40,361 bases of DNA from Candidatus Anderseniibacteriota bacterium (GCA_040881505.1 JBBEDC010000012.1:1-40361); one strand, 5' to 3'; positions 26,242 to 34,989 are shown, counted from the first letter of the stretch. Notes: a model not told the origin generated them from the sequence alone. Translations and numbers: made by a program.

Positions 26242-26682
26242 TCATAGTTCTAGTTTTTGTTTTTTAAATCCGTATAACCTTTCGCAAATCAATTCAATTT
26301 TGGACGGTCTGACAACATACCAAGAATCTCCGTTCAGAACGTCCTCGTCTCTTTCTGGGTTTGGTTTTTTTCTCTTCTTGTAGTGCTTCGTTACTAAATC
26401 GTATCTGTCGCCATCTATTTTTTCAGCTACACCCTCGAATTGTATCCCAAGATTATCTTCTCCTTGGCCGCTTATTGTTATAGTTCCAGCTACTTGATTG
26501 TTTTGTAGCAGTGCTTGCGAGTGACGTGCGTCCGGATCAGACATCCAATAGATGCTGAGATTGTCATCATGAATATATATAACATCTGCAACCCATGGTC
26601 CAGAACCGTCTACCGTAGCCAGGCTCATCAGATAGCCGTTACCTAAAACATCGTGGACTATTTGCTTAACATTCTCTAACAC
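26242..26682 (-). CDS. pyridoxamine 5-prime-phosphate oxidase-like (FMN-binding split-barrel) family protein
   Basis: 146 aa. LATVDGSGPWVADVIYIHDDNLSIYWMSDPDARHSQAL is typical of the PNPOx-like/general-stress-26 fold. GTG start 3 nt after the secA stop. Confidence 0.7.
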   Translation of the reverse strand: MLENVKQIVHDVLGNGYLMSLATVDGSGPWVADVIYIHDDNLSIYWMSDPDARHSQALLQNNQVAGTITISGQGEDNLGIQFEGVAEKIDGDRYDLVTKHYKKRKKPNPERDEDVLNGDSWYVVRPSKIELICERLYGFKKQKLEL

Positions 26683-26685
26683 ACC

Positions 26686-29367
26686 CTATCCCTTATGCTC
26701 TGGCGCGTTTATAAGCCCACATTTTTTAAATTTCTTTCCGCTCCCGCATGGACATGGGTCATTCCGCCCCACGTCCTTGTGCTCATTCACCAGCGGCTCA
26801 TTGGATTCTGGTTGAGACGTTGTTGGATTAGCTGACGGTGCACTCTCTCCTACTTGCTCGGCAATACTGTGTGGAGCTGTTGCGGATTGATGGGTGGCTT
26901 TGCCTTGATATTGTTCTTGCGGAACAGCATGTGCGTGGTAAATCGTTTCTACACACGAATCCTTAATCGTCGCCAGGAGTTGTTGGAACAAGCGATGGCC
27001 TTCCTTTTGATACTCCACGAGCGGATCTCGCTGTCCGTACCCACGCAACCCAATTCCTGTCCGCAGATAGTCCATCGTATCCAGGTGCTCCATCCAGTGT
27101 ACGTCTATAGCGCGCAAGGCTGCGGCCAGCTCCAGCTTTTTCATCATCTCCTCACCTAACTCCGCCTGCTTTTCTTTCAAGCGGTTCAATAATGCTTCAG
27201 ACACAACAGTCTCCAAGGCCTCTCGCCCCTCTTCTGGTTCTTGCCCGCTATGTTCTTTCAGTATTTCTGAGAATCTTGCATTCAGTCCTCCTAAGTCTCC
27301 ACCGGTTAATGAATGGACAGACTCGGCGATCTCTTTCCCATTCCAGGTAGATGAGTCCCCTTCTCCGGTATGAATCGCGACCAACGCAGTTGCTTGCTCG
27401 GCAACTAATCCTTCTACGCGTTCGTGAATAGGGAGAGCGTCTTGGTTAGGTTCTTTCCAAGTCTCATTACGCAGCAGGCCGCGTCGTAGCGTATATATGG
27501 CATTACGCTGCTTGTTCAATACGTTATCGTACGACAACACTTGCTTGCGCATATCAAAGTAATGGCCTTCTACTCGAGTCTGCGCATTCTCAATTGCCCG
27601 GCTGATCAATTTATGCTCAATCGGTTCATCTTCCGGCAGCTTGAGACGCTCCATTAACCCTTTGATACGAGAGCCGCCGAAGATGCGCATGATGTCATCA
27701 TCAAGGCTGACATAGAACTGAGACTCTCCAGAATCCCCTTGTCGTCCTGACCGTCCACGCAGCTGGTTATCAATACGCCGCGCCTCATGGCGTTCGGTAC
27801 CCATCACGGCCAGTCCGCCTACTTCTTTCACCCCTTCCCCTAATTTAATATCCGTACCTCGTCCAGCCATGTTGGTGGAAATAGTGACGGCGCCTTTTTG
27901 ACCCGCATCCCCTACAATCTCCGCTTCTCGAGCGTGGTGTTTGGCATTAAGAACTTCATGAGGAACACCTTCTTTTTTCAGGAGCGCTGATAGATATTCG
28001 GATTTTTCAATCGCGATAGTACCAACAAGCACGGGCTGTCCCTTTTGATGTTTTTCTTTGATCGCTTGCACAACCGCATTAAACTTCGCTTCTTCGTTTA
28101 CGTAAATGCGATCTGACTTATCATCACGTATCAGGGACTGATTGGTGGGAATAACGACAACATCGAGGTTGTATACCTTTTCAAACTCTTCAGCGGAAGT
28201 TACAGCCGTTCCGGTCATACCGCCTAAATGAGCGTATTCGCGGAAGTAGTTCTGGAAGGTAATGGAGGCAAGCGTTCGGCTTTCTTGCTGTACCTTCACT
28301 TTTTCTTTAGCTTCAATTGCTTGGTGCAGCCCTTCAGCGTACCGGCGACCCTGCATCAGGCGTCCGGTAAATTCGTCGACAATAACGACCTGTCCTTCTT
28401 GGACTACATAATCCTTATCACGGTGATACAGCGTATGGGCTCGCAGAGCTTGCTCTAAGTGATGAACGAATCGAATTCCCTTATCAGCATATATGTTATC
28501 AATCCCCAAGCTCTTCTCGACAAACGAGATACCGTCATCGGTTAATGTTGCCGCTCTACGCTTTTCGTCGAGGTTGTAATGGACATCGACCTTTAAATTT
28601 GGCACTAAGCGAGAAAATTGAACGTATAGGTCGGTTGATTCCGCGTCAGGAGCTGAGATGATCAACGGCGTCCGGGCTTCATCAATTAAAATGCTATCCA
28701 CCTCATCTACTAAAGCGTAATACAAATCACGCTGCGTCATATCCTCTACTCGCTGGGCCATGTTGTCTCGCAGATAATCAAACCCAAACTCGTTATTCGT
28801 CCCGTACGTAATATCAGCTCCGTACGCTGCCCGTTTTTCCTCCGGGCTTTGTCCGGACAAGATAACGCCGAGGCTTAGCCCAAAAAACTCATACACCGGA
28901 CGCATCCACTCTGCGTCTCGCTGAGCCAAGTAATCGTTAACAGTAACCAGATGCGCTCCTTTGCCGACGAGGGCATTCACAATCAATGGCAAGGTAGCCA
29001 CTAACGTTTTTCCTTCACCGGTTTTCATCTCGGCGATGTTGTCGCGCAGGAGCGCCAACCCACCCATGAGCTGTACGTCAAAGTGGCGCATTTCAAGCGT
29101 GCGTTTGCCAGCTTCCCGGACAGCTGCGAATATTTCCGGCACAGCCGCCTCTATCTCTTTTCGATCTTTTCCTTTATACGCCGCAACAGTCTGTTTGAGC
29201 TCCTCGTCAGACAGCGCCTTCATTTTGTCTTCCAGTGCATTGATTGCAGCTACCTTTGGTCGGTATTGCTCAGCCGCCTTCTCGTGCCGAGAAGTGCCGC
29301 CAAAGCCCAGTTTTTGCAAGAATGAGGCCATATGTAATACAGGCAGAGTACCGGCTTTGTACCCCAT
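26686..29367 (-). CDS. secA: preprotein translocase ATPase SecA
   Basis: 893 aa. MKTGEGKT Walker A, DEVDSILIDEARTPLIIS, TNMAGRGTDI, C-terminal Zn motif CPCGSGKKFKKC. The start may be the ATG at 29331 (MASFLQKLGFGG). Confidence 0.97.
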   Translation of the reverse strand: MGYKAGTLPVLHMASFLQKLGFGGTSRHEKAAEQYRPKVAAINALEDKMKALSDEELKQTVAAYKGKDRKEIEAAVPEIFAAVREAGKRTLEMRHFDVQLMGGLALLRDNIAEMKTGEGKTLVATLPLIVNALVGKGAHLVTVNDYLAQRDAEWMRPVYEFFGLSLGVILSGQSPEEKRAAYGADITYGTNNEFGFDYLRDNMAQRVEDMTQRDLYYALVDEVDSILIDEARTPLIISAPDAESTDLYVQFSRLVPNLKVDVHYNLDEKRRAATLTDDGISFVEKSLGIDNIYADKGIRFVHHLEQALRAHTLYHRDKDYVVQEGQVVIVDEFTGRLMQGRRYAEGLHQAIEAKEKVKVQQESRTLASITFQNYFREYAHLGGMTGTAVTSAEEFEKVYNLDVVVIPTNQSLIRDDKSDRIYVNEEAKFNAVVQAIKEKHQKGQPVLVGTIAIEKSEYLSALLKKEGVPHEVLNAKHHAREAEIVGDAGQKGAVTISTNMAGRGTDIKLGEGVKEVGGLAVMGTERHEARRIDNQLRGRSGRQGDSGESQFYVSLDDDIMRIFGGSRIKGLMERLKLPEDEPIEHKLISRAIENAQTRVEGHYFDMRKQVLSYDNVLNKQRNAIYTLRRGLLRNETWKEPNQDALPIHERVEGLVAEQATALVAIHTGEGDSSTWNGKEIAESVHSLTGGDLGGLNARFSEILKEHSGQEPEEGREALETVVSEALLNRLKEKQAELGEEMMKKLELAAALRAIDVHWMEHLDTMDYLRTGIGLRGYGQRDPLVEYQKEGHRLFQQLLATIKDSCVETIYHAHAVPQEQYQGKATHQSATAPHSIAEQVGESAPSANPTTSQPESNEPLVNEHKDVGRNDPCPCGSGKKFKKCGLINAPEHKG

Positions 29368-29438
29368 TTAGCAAGGACAGTTAAAACCTGCTACCGTTGA
29401 GTTTGGAGGTTCGTTCATTCAATACAAGGAGCTATCCG

Positions 29439-30260
29439 ATGCTTCATTTTCAGAGCTCAGGATCCGATTTGGTGCCAGCTCGGTACGAGATTCAATGTGA
29501 GGATGAGGGCACAACCTTAATTCTCAATATCCGAGCTGAGCTGTGGCCGCACGTGCTGTCCCGTCTGCGGAATTGGGCATACCTTCCGTACTTGGAGAGG
29601 GATCTGCAGGTTCCTCATTTCATTTCGCCGCACGGACTACCCTGGGGGTTTGGACCGGTGCTGATGGAGGAAAAATCAGCCGACTCTCAGTGGCACCGCA
29701 TTCGATGCGAGCTGCCCCAATTCTTTCGCGGCACCTTTGTGCATGAAGGAGATCCGTGGGGGAAGGCGTTTGGGCTCTCTGCTTCTCTGTGGGCGGTGCT
29801 TAGCCTGGCAAGCTATGAAGTGCCGGATGTGAATCTTTCGCCCGAACTGGTGCAGATCGTTGAGGTGATGATCGGTGCGCGCAGAAACAATATGGGCAGC
29901 AGCTGCGCCACGGCAGCCGCGTTTTCACCACAGCTGTGCACATGGATTGCAGCGCAGGATTTAGATAGGCTCTGTTGTCACTTGACGCAGCAGATGACAA
30001 ATGCCTACCTGCGTCTGTATGGGCTGGATGAGGTTGATTCTTTCGGCCGGCATGAGTTGGGTGCTCGGGTGATCGAATTTCCTTACATCCTGTTCTCATG
30101 CCCCGGAGATCGCTGCTCGCTGTATCGCAGCGTTGGTACAAACTGGCGGTACGGCCAGGGGTACGAGTTGATGGATCATAACGTCGACACGCCCATGCAA
30201 CAGCTCGTGTTGCTCATGGGAGTTGCCGCGCTGACAACGGCATATCGCAATTCTCAGTAA
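29439..30260 (+). CDS. hypothetical Cys/Trp-rich protein (orphan, GC-rich cassette)
   Basis: 273 aa from ATG 29439, with AAGGAG 7 nt upstream; the track starts at a TTG at 29397. 8 Cys and many Trp, no TM or signal peptide. Own terminator. No family recognised. Confidence 0.6.
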   Translation: MLHFQSSGSDLVPARYEIQCEDEGTTLILNIRAELWPHVLSRLRNWAYLPYLERDLQVPHFISPHGLPWGFGPVLMEEKSADSQWHRIRCELPQFFRGTFVHEGDPWGKAFGLSASLWAVLSLASYEVPDVNLSPELVQIVEVMIGARRNNMGSSCATAAAFSPQLCTWIAAQDLDRLCCHLTQQMTNAYLRLYGLDEVDSFGRHELGARVIEFPYILFSCPGDRCSLYRSVGTNWRYGQGYELMDHNVDTPMQQLVLLMGVAALTTAYRNSQ

Positions 30261-30265
30261 TTGCT

Positions 30266-30291
30266 ACCCGCGCTACCTTGCGGGTTTTTTC
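30266..30291 (+). terminator. rho-independent terminator
   Basis: ACCCGC-GCTACCTT-GCGGGT followed by TTTTTCTT, starting 6 nt after the stop at 30260. Confidence 0.7.
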
Positions 30292-30296
30292 TTGTC

Positions 30297-30599
30297 TCAA
30301 TGCGCTTTTTGCTTCTCGTAATATTTCTGCAATTCGTTTTTTAGCGCTCCGATACAATCATCGATGACGGTCTGTACATCATCTCCGTTGCGATCAGCGT
30401 GAAATACTTTTTTACCCTGTTGGATATTAATACGACATTCTACGACATTTCCGTGGAGGCGTCGGGCATTATGGCTAATTGTTACATCCGTTACAAAGGG
30501 TGGGGTGAGATGCTTTTCCAGTCGAGCTAACTTCTTTTCCAGCTGATCTTGATCAAATTCAGAGATCTCCATATGTTCTAAACGGATGTTGTACTTCAT
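30297..30599 (-). CDS. hpf: ribosome hibernation promoting factor / RaiA family (short form)
   Basis: 100 aa with the beta-alpha-beta-beta-beta-alpha pattern of the sigma-54 modulation/S30EA family (LEKKLARLEKHL, ECRINI..GKKVFHA, VIDDCIGALKNEL). Confidence 0.8.
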   Translation of the reverse strand: MKYNIRLEHMEISEFDQDQLEKKLARLEKHLTPPFVTDVTISHNARRLHGNVVECRINIQQGKKVFHADRNGDDVQTVIDDCIGALKNELQKYYEKQKAH

Positions 30600-30628
30600 A
30601 TGATGAAGGTTGTTTTAAGGATATTACC

Positions 30629-31759
30629 TTAAGTGTTCCGCAGAATCAGTGCTTCTTCAACCTGTTTAAGTATCTCTGCCTGGAAGCGAATGCGAGAAAA
30701 TCGCAGTGCTTGGCGTTGCAATAGGCTGGGAATGAAATCTTGCTCAATTAACAAGAACTGCCGCATGGCCTCAGCCAAGGCTTCGGTCCGCTGTTCAGTA
30801 TACAAATAGCCGTGACGCCTGTGCTCCACGATCTCGAGCACCCCGCCTGCCCCGTACGCTATGACGGGGGTGCCGCAGCCCAAGGCTTCAGCCGCTGTCA
30901 TACCAAAGTCCTCTACTCCCGGCTGGATTAAAGCGCGGGCTCTACGGTAGTAGTTACGGAGCTCCTCATCGGGTACTTTACCGATGAAGCTGGTATGCTT
31001 TCCGGCGAGCTTGCGTAAATTATGCTCGTTATGTCCTGCCCCTATAACAACCAGTGGCAGTTGAAGCTTCTCGCATACCGCGATTGCCTGTTCGAAATAC
31101 TTCAAAGGCGTCAGTCGTCCGACAATCAGAAACGGATCCTGGCTGGACCACAACCGTTCATTAGATTTGGGCGTAAAGTAGGTGGTATCAATCGGCGGAT
31201 AGATCACCTGGCTGGGTCGACGGTAATATGAAGCGATGCGTTGCTGGGTGTAGCGGGAGTTCGCAATCAGTTGGTTGGGGCGCTGGGCTGCCGCATAGTC
31301 GGCAATGCGCAAGTAGTGCTGCAAAAAAGCTCCTCCAGCCCTTGTTACCCACGATCGGTTTTTGATAACTGTATGTGCTTCTTCCCACAGGTATCGCGTT
31401 GGGGTGTGGATGTAGCTTAAGTGCGGCACTGACGCGCGGGTTATAACCCCCTTAGCGAATCCGCTTGAGCTACTAATCACCAGATCGTACTGGGATAGAT
31501 CAAGCTGCTCGGTAGCATGAGGCAAAAGCGGAAGTATGCGTCCTGGGTGTCTGCGGAACCACATAGGCAGGTGCTGAATGAAGGTAGTGTGGATGTGATA
31601 TTTGATACCTTCAACAGTTAGATACGGAGTATTGCTGCTGTATAGGGCGTATACATCGGACTGGGGGAATAAACGGACGAGCTCTTCGAATACGTGCTCT
31701 GCCCCTCCTCGGCGAACCAATTCATCATGTACGAGCGCTATGTTCAGGTCTGAAGACAT
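30629..31759 (-). CDS. GT4-family (GT-B) glycosyltransferase
   Basis: IALVHDELVRRGGAEHV N-terminus and C-terminal EDFGMTAAEALGCGTPVIA (E-x7-E region). ATG at 31759. The 438-aa track ORF reads through an upstream terminator and is over-extended. Confidence 0.85.
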   Translation of the reverse strand: MSSDLNIALVHDELVRRGGAEHVFEELVRLFPQSDVYALYSSNTPYLTVEGIKYHIHTTFIQHLPMWFRRHPGRILPLLPHATEQLDLSQYDLVISSSSGFAKGVITRASVPHLSYIHTPTRYLWEEAHTVIKNRSWVTRAGGAFLQHYLRIADYAAAQRPNQLIANSRYTQQRIASYYRRPSQVIYPPIDTTYFTPKSNERLWSSQDPFLIVGRLTPLKYFEQAIAVCEKLQLPLVVIGAGHNEHNLRKLAGKHTSFIGKVPDEELRNYYRRARALIQPGVEDFGMTAAEALGCGTPVIAYGAGGVLEIVEHRRHGYLYTEQRTEALAEAMRQFLLIEQDFIPSLLQRQALRFSRIRFQAEILKQVEEALILRNT

Positions 31760-31819
31760 CAGATCACGATAACGGGACGGGCGCATATTCGCAATAACGA
31801 GTATTTGAAGGGCCCTATA

Positions 31820-31847
31820 AATGAAAAAGGCCGCAACGTATGCGACC
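31820..31847 (-). terminator. rho-independent terminator upstream of the GT4 gene
   Basis: Minus strand: GGTCGCA-TACGT-TGCGGCC (one G-U pair) followed by TTTTTCATTT. Confidence 0.6.
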
Positions 31848-31859
31848 GCGAAGGCAGTT

Positions 31860-32027
31860 TCACAAACCAGCGTCAGGGGGCGCTTGAGATCTGCACAGCA
31901 GGCACAGCGTCTCGAGCGGAGAGCAGGCGTGAAACTTAGACCCACAGCTGCAGGTTACCTGGGTGTAGCGGGGGCCGTCTTGGTCTGAGAGAACTGCAGG
32001 CTCTGTCTTAACTTCTTCCGTGAGCAC
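31860..32027 (-). CDS. possible 55-codon Cys-rich small protein (GTG start)
   Basis: GGAAGGAAC lies 6 nt upstream of the GTG at 32027. Product ...YTQVTCSCGSKFHACSPLETLCLLCRS has pattern CxC-x6-C-x6-CxxC. The stop is 13 nt before the terminator at 31847. The region is also rich in hairpins, so a noncoding RNA is an alternative. Confidence 0.35.
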   Translation of the reverse strand: MLTEEVKTEPAVLSDQDGPRYTQVTCSCGSKFHACSPLETLCLLCRSQAPPDAGL

Positions 32028-32104
32028 GATCTTGTTCCTTCCGATCGTAAGACAGTGAATATCAGATGCCCGATGCAATCTGATAGTACTTAAGTCTACA
32101 GCAG

Positions 32105-33115
32105 TTACTTCGTCAGCAAAATACTTCGCTTGTAGTTATCAAGATTTTCTAAAGCAGCGCCCGCTCCTTTGACGACGCACACCAGCGGATCATCGGCGAT
32201 ATAGCAGGGAACTTGTGTTGCTTGAGAGATTAGTTGGTCAACATTGCGCAGCAGCGCTCCGCCACCACTGACTACAATTCCCTTGTCTATAACATCGGCG
32301 GCAAGTTCTGGAGGCGTCTCCTGTAATACATGCTTGATAGCTTGTAACATCTCCAGCAGCGGATCCCGCAGCGCCTCCGTCACCTCGCTTGAGCTTATAA
32401 TAGCCTCCTTAGGCAGACCAGACGCCAAGTCCCGTCCTCGAATCTTGAGCTCTTTAGGTTCTTCTTCGTGAATAGCGGAACCGATATTCTTCTTTACATA
32501 CTCAGCCGTCGGCTCCCCGATCATCAACCCATATCTTCGTCGAATATGTTCTGTGATTGCTCGATCAAAGGCGTTGCCTCCAACACGAGCTGAGTGCGCG
32601 GTTACGATGCCGCCGAGAGAAATAACGGCAACCTCGGTCGTACCTCCACCGATATCAACGATCATGTGTCCAGAGCTCTCCCCAATTGGAATATTCGCAC
32701 CAATTGCTGCAGCCACAGGCTCCTTAATTAAATATGCCGCCTTAGCCCCGGCGGAGACGGTCGCATCTACCACCGCTCGGCGTTCGGTGCTGGTAATACC
32801 GGCCGGAACCGATACCAGCACTTCCGGACGCAAAAACTTTACGGACGCCCCGGTTTGCTTAAGCAGGTATCGCAGCATTGCCTCGGCAACGCGGTAATCA
32901 GCAATGACGCCATCCTTTAAAGGTCGATGCGCCACAATCGTATCGGGTGTGCGGCCAATCATATCTTCAGCTTCCTTTCCAACAGCCAATACTGCATTAT
33001 CATCTACCGAAACTGCTACCACCGATGGTTCGTTCAAAACGATGCCCTTCTTGGGGACATACATCAGCGTGCTGGTGGTGCCTAAATCAATTGCGATCTT
33101 CCGTGTCCATGCCAT
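32105..33115 (-). CDS. MreB-family actin homolog (second paralog)
   Basis: 336 aa. IAIDLGTTSTLMYV, VDIGGGTTEVAV, VSGGGALLRNVD. Clearly homologous to, but distinct from, the MreB at 14586-15644. Confidence 0.9.
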   Translation of the reverse strand: MAWTRKIAIDLGTTSTLMYVPKKGIVLNEPSVVAVSVDDNAVLAVGKEAEDMIGRTPDTIVAHRPLKDGVIADYRVAEAMLRYLLKQTGASVKFLRPEVLVSVPAGITSTERRAVVDATVSAGAKAAYLIKEPVAAAIGANIPIGESSGHMIVDIGGGTTEVAVISLGGIVTAHSARVGGNAFDRAITEHIRRRYGLMIGEPTAEYVKKNIGSAIHEEEPKELKIRGRDLASGLPKEAIISSSEVTEALRDPLLEMLQAIKHVLQETPPELAADVIDKGIVVSGGGALLRNVDQLISQATQVPCYIADDPLVCVVKGAGAALENLDNYKRSILLTK

Positions 33116-33126
33116 ACGTGTAAACG

Positions 33127-34392
33127 TTACTCCTCCCGGGAAATATCAGCGCCGATAGCTTGTAGGCGTTCAGTTAAGTTAGCATATCCGCGGTCGATAA
33201 TCTCCGCGTTATCAATCACGGTTTGTCCTTGAGCCACCAGCCCGGCCATTAATAGTGTTGCCCCTGCCCTAATATCCAAACTTGGAATCCGTCTGCCCTT
33301 GAGCGGAGTGGGTCCGGATATAATAACGCGGTGCGGGTCGCACATGACCGCATCAGCCCCCATTTTGCTTAACTCGGTAATATGCTTAAATCGCCCCTCG
33401 TACATCGGATCATGAATCAAGGAGCTACCTTGTACCTGAGTGGCGATTACCGAGAATGTCGCTTGCAGGTCTGTCGCGATACCCGGATATGGCAGTGTTT
33501 GTATCTTAAAGGATCGCATCTGACTGGGAGTGACATGCACATTAGCAACCCCCTCAGTTTCATTTTGAACATCATACGCAATTCCAATATCATCGAGCTT
33601 CTTGAAAAAAAGCAGCAGATCATTTACCGGAACGCCTTTGACGGTAACCGTTGAGTGCGTTGCTGCTGCCAAGAGAATGAAGAGTCCCGCTTCCAGCATG
33701 TCTTGAATATTCTGTACGGTAGCTCCGTGCAAAGACTTTGATCCGGTAATAGTGATTGTATGAGTACCAGCGCCGGTCACTTCAGCTCCCATGGCGTTCA
33801 ACATCTCAGCTAGCGCTACGATATGCGGCTCTGCCGCCGCTATCTCGATCGTGGACGTGCCGGGCAGTGTGGCGCAGACGAGCATCATGTTCTCCGTAGC
33901 TGTTACAGAAAACTCTCGCAGGACAACACGGCCGGCAGCTAGGTTCGCGCCGTCGATTGTAACTATGTCATCTTCTTCATTGATAGCCGCGCCGAGCTGC
34001 GCAAAGCCGTCCAGGTGGACATCAATCGGGCGGGCGCCAATGATATCTCCTCCAGGAAGAGGCAGCTTAACCGAACGGGTGCGACCGAGCAGGGCTCCAA
34101 GTAAAAGAATTGAGCCGCGCAGTGCCCCTACGTCAGCAATGGAGATTGCTTCTGGCGATACTTGCTTTGCGTGCACGCTCAGCCTTTGATCGTCATATTC
34201 AACCTCAACCCCTATTGAACTCAAAATATCCGACATTTTGTATATATCGGCAATGGCTGGAATGTTGGAGATTGTCACTCGCTCTGCGGTAAGCAGTGAG
34301 GCGGCAATGAGCGGTAGGGCTGCATTTTTGGAGCCAAACACCGGAATCTCTCCCGAGAGCTGTTTTCCTCCTTCAATAACAAAATGAGACAT
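33127..34392 (-). CDS. murA: UDP-N-acetylglucosamine 1-carboxyvinyltransferase
   Basis: 421 aa. GSKNAALPL, LPGGDIIGARPIDVHL, and the C-terminal RGY..L..L..LGA pattern. The active-site position is Asp116 (GAT at 34047-34045) rather than Cys. Confidence 0.95.
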   Translation of the reverse strand: MSHFVIEGGKQLSGEIPVFGSKNAALPLIAASLLTAERVTISNIPAIADIYKMSDILSSIGVEVEYDDQRLSVHAKQVSPEAISIADVGALRGSILLLGALLGRTRSVKLPLPGGDIIGARPIDVHLDGFAQLGAAINEEDDIVTIDGANLAAGRVVLREFSVTATENMMLVCATLPGTSTIEIAAAEPHIVALAEMLNAMGAEVTGAGTHTITITGSKSLHGATVQNIQDMLEAGLFILLAAATHSTVTVKGVPVNDLLLFFKKLDDIGIAYDVQNETEGVANVHVTPSQMRSFKIQTLPYPGIATDLQATFSVIATQVQGSSLIHDPMYEGRFKHITELSKMGADAVMCDPHRVIISGPTPLKGRRIPSLDIRAGATLLMAGLVAQGQTVIDNAEIIDRGYANLTERLQAIGADISREE

Positions 34393-34466
34393 AACGATAG
34401 CCTACAGAATAGAGTGAAATAGGTACAATGACAATGAAGTTTCTGATATAGGCAGTACCTCTAGGT

Positions 34467-34499
34467 AAAAAAAGACCCATGACACCGCGCGTCATGGGG
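34467..34499 (-). terminator. rho-independent terminator of the 160-aa membrane-protein cassette
   Basis: Minus strand: ACCCCATGAC-GCGCGGT-GTCATGGGT followed by CTTTTTTT, starting 8 nt after the stop. Confidence 0.7.
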
Positions 34500-34506
34500 T
34501 TGCGGT

Positions 34507-34989
34507 TCACTGCTGTCCGCTTTGCCGGTGCAGCTCTGCCAGGTGGAGTGCCTCTTCGACTCTCTGGGGCTGCATTTTCTGGAGTTCGCGGATGAAATCC
34601 GGATTCTCATCCACGAAGCGGGACACTGTCGGCGCGCGGAGAGTGTCGTGCTTCTTGGCGACTATTATCTTTCTCCAGTCGCTGTGCCAGACGCGTATAG
34701 CTAACAGTATCGGAATTCCAAAAGCAAGATACACGACTGAAGCGCCCCAAGGATCAGGTGCGCTAAACAGCAAAGCCACATAGGCAAGGAAGAGCAGCCC
34801 ACAAGCCATCACCATTGTGCGAGTGCTGAGCGACGGGCACCTGTGTGACAGGAGTGTTTCGAGCTCCTCCGCCTTCTTCGCGCCCTCTTGCGTCAGCTCG
34901 AATTGGTCCTCTCGATCCTCCTTGATCTCCTGAAGGCCGTTCGGACCCTCTACTTTGTGGATCCAAACGTGCCGCTCGTAGTACCGCAT
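34507..34989 (-). CDS. hypothetical two-TM membrane protein (orphan, GC-rich cassette)
   Basis: ATG at 34989 with GGAGGTG 5 nt upstream. Two central hydrophobic helices (MVMACGLLFLAYVALLF, VVYLAFGIPILLAI) flanked by charged regions. No family recognised. Confidence 0.6.
   Translation of the reverse strand: MRYYERHVWIHKVEGPNGLQEIKEDREDQFELTQEGAKKAEELETLLSHRCPSLSTRTMVMACGLLFLAYVALLFSAPDPWGASVVYLAFGIPILLAIRVWHSDWRKIIVAKKHDTLRAPTVSRFVDENPDFIRELQKMQPQRVEEALHLAELHRQSGQQ

Noticed and set aside
32020-32050. GGAAGGAAC resembling the SRP (4.5S) RNA GGAA-tetraloop/helix 8 region
   Set aside because: The near-invariant AGCA of the symmetric loop is replaced (GGAACAAG). The closing pairs are poor, and no matching 3-prime strand was found. 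I treated it as the SD of the small ORF instead.
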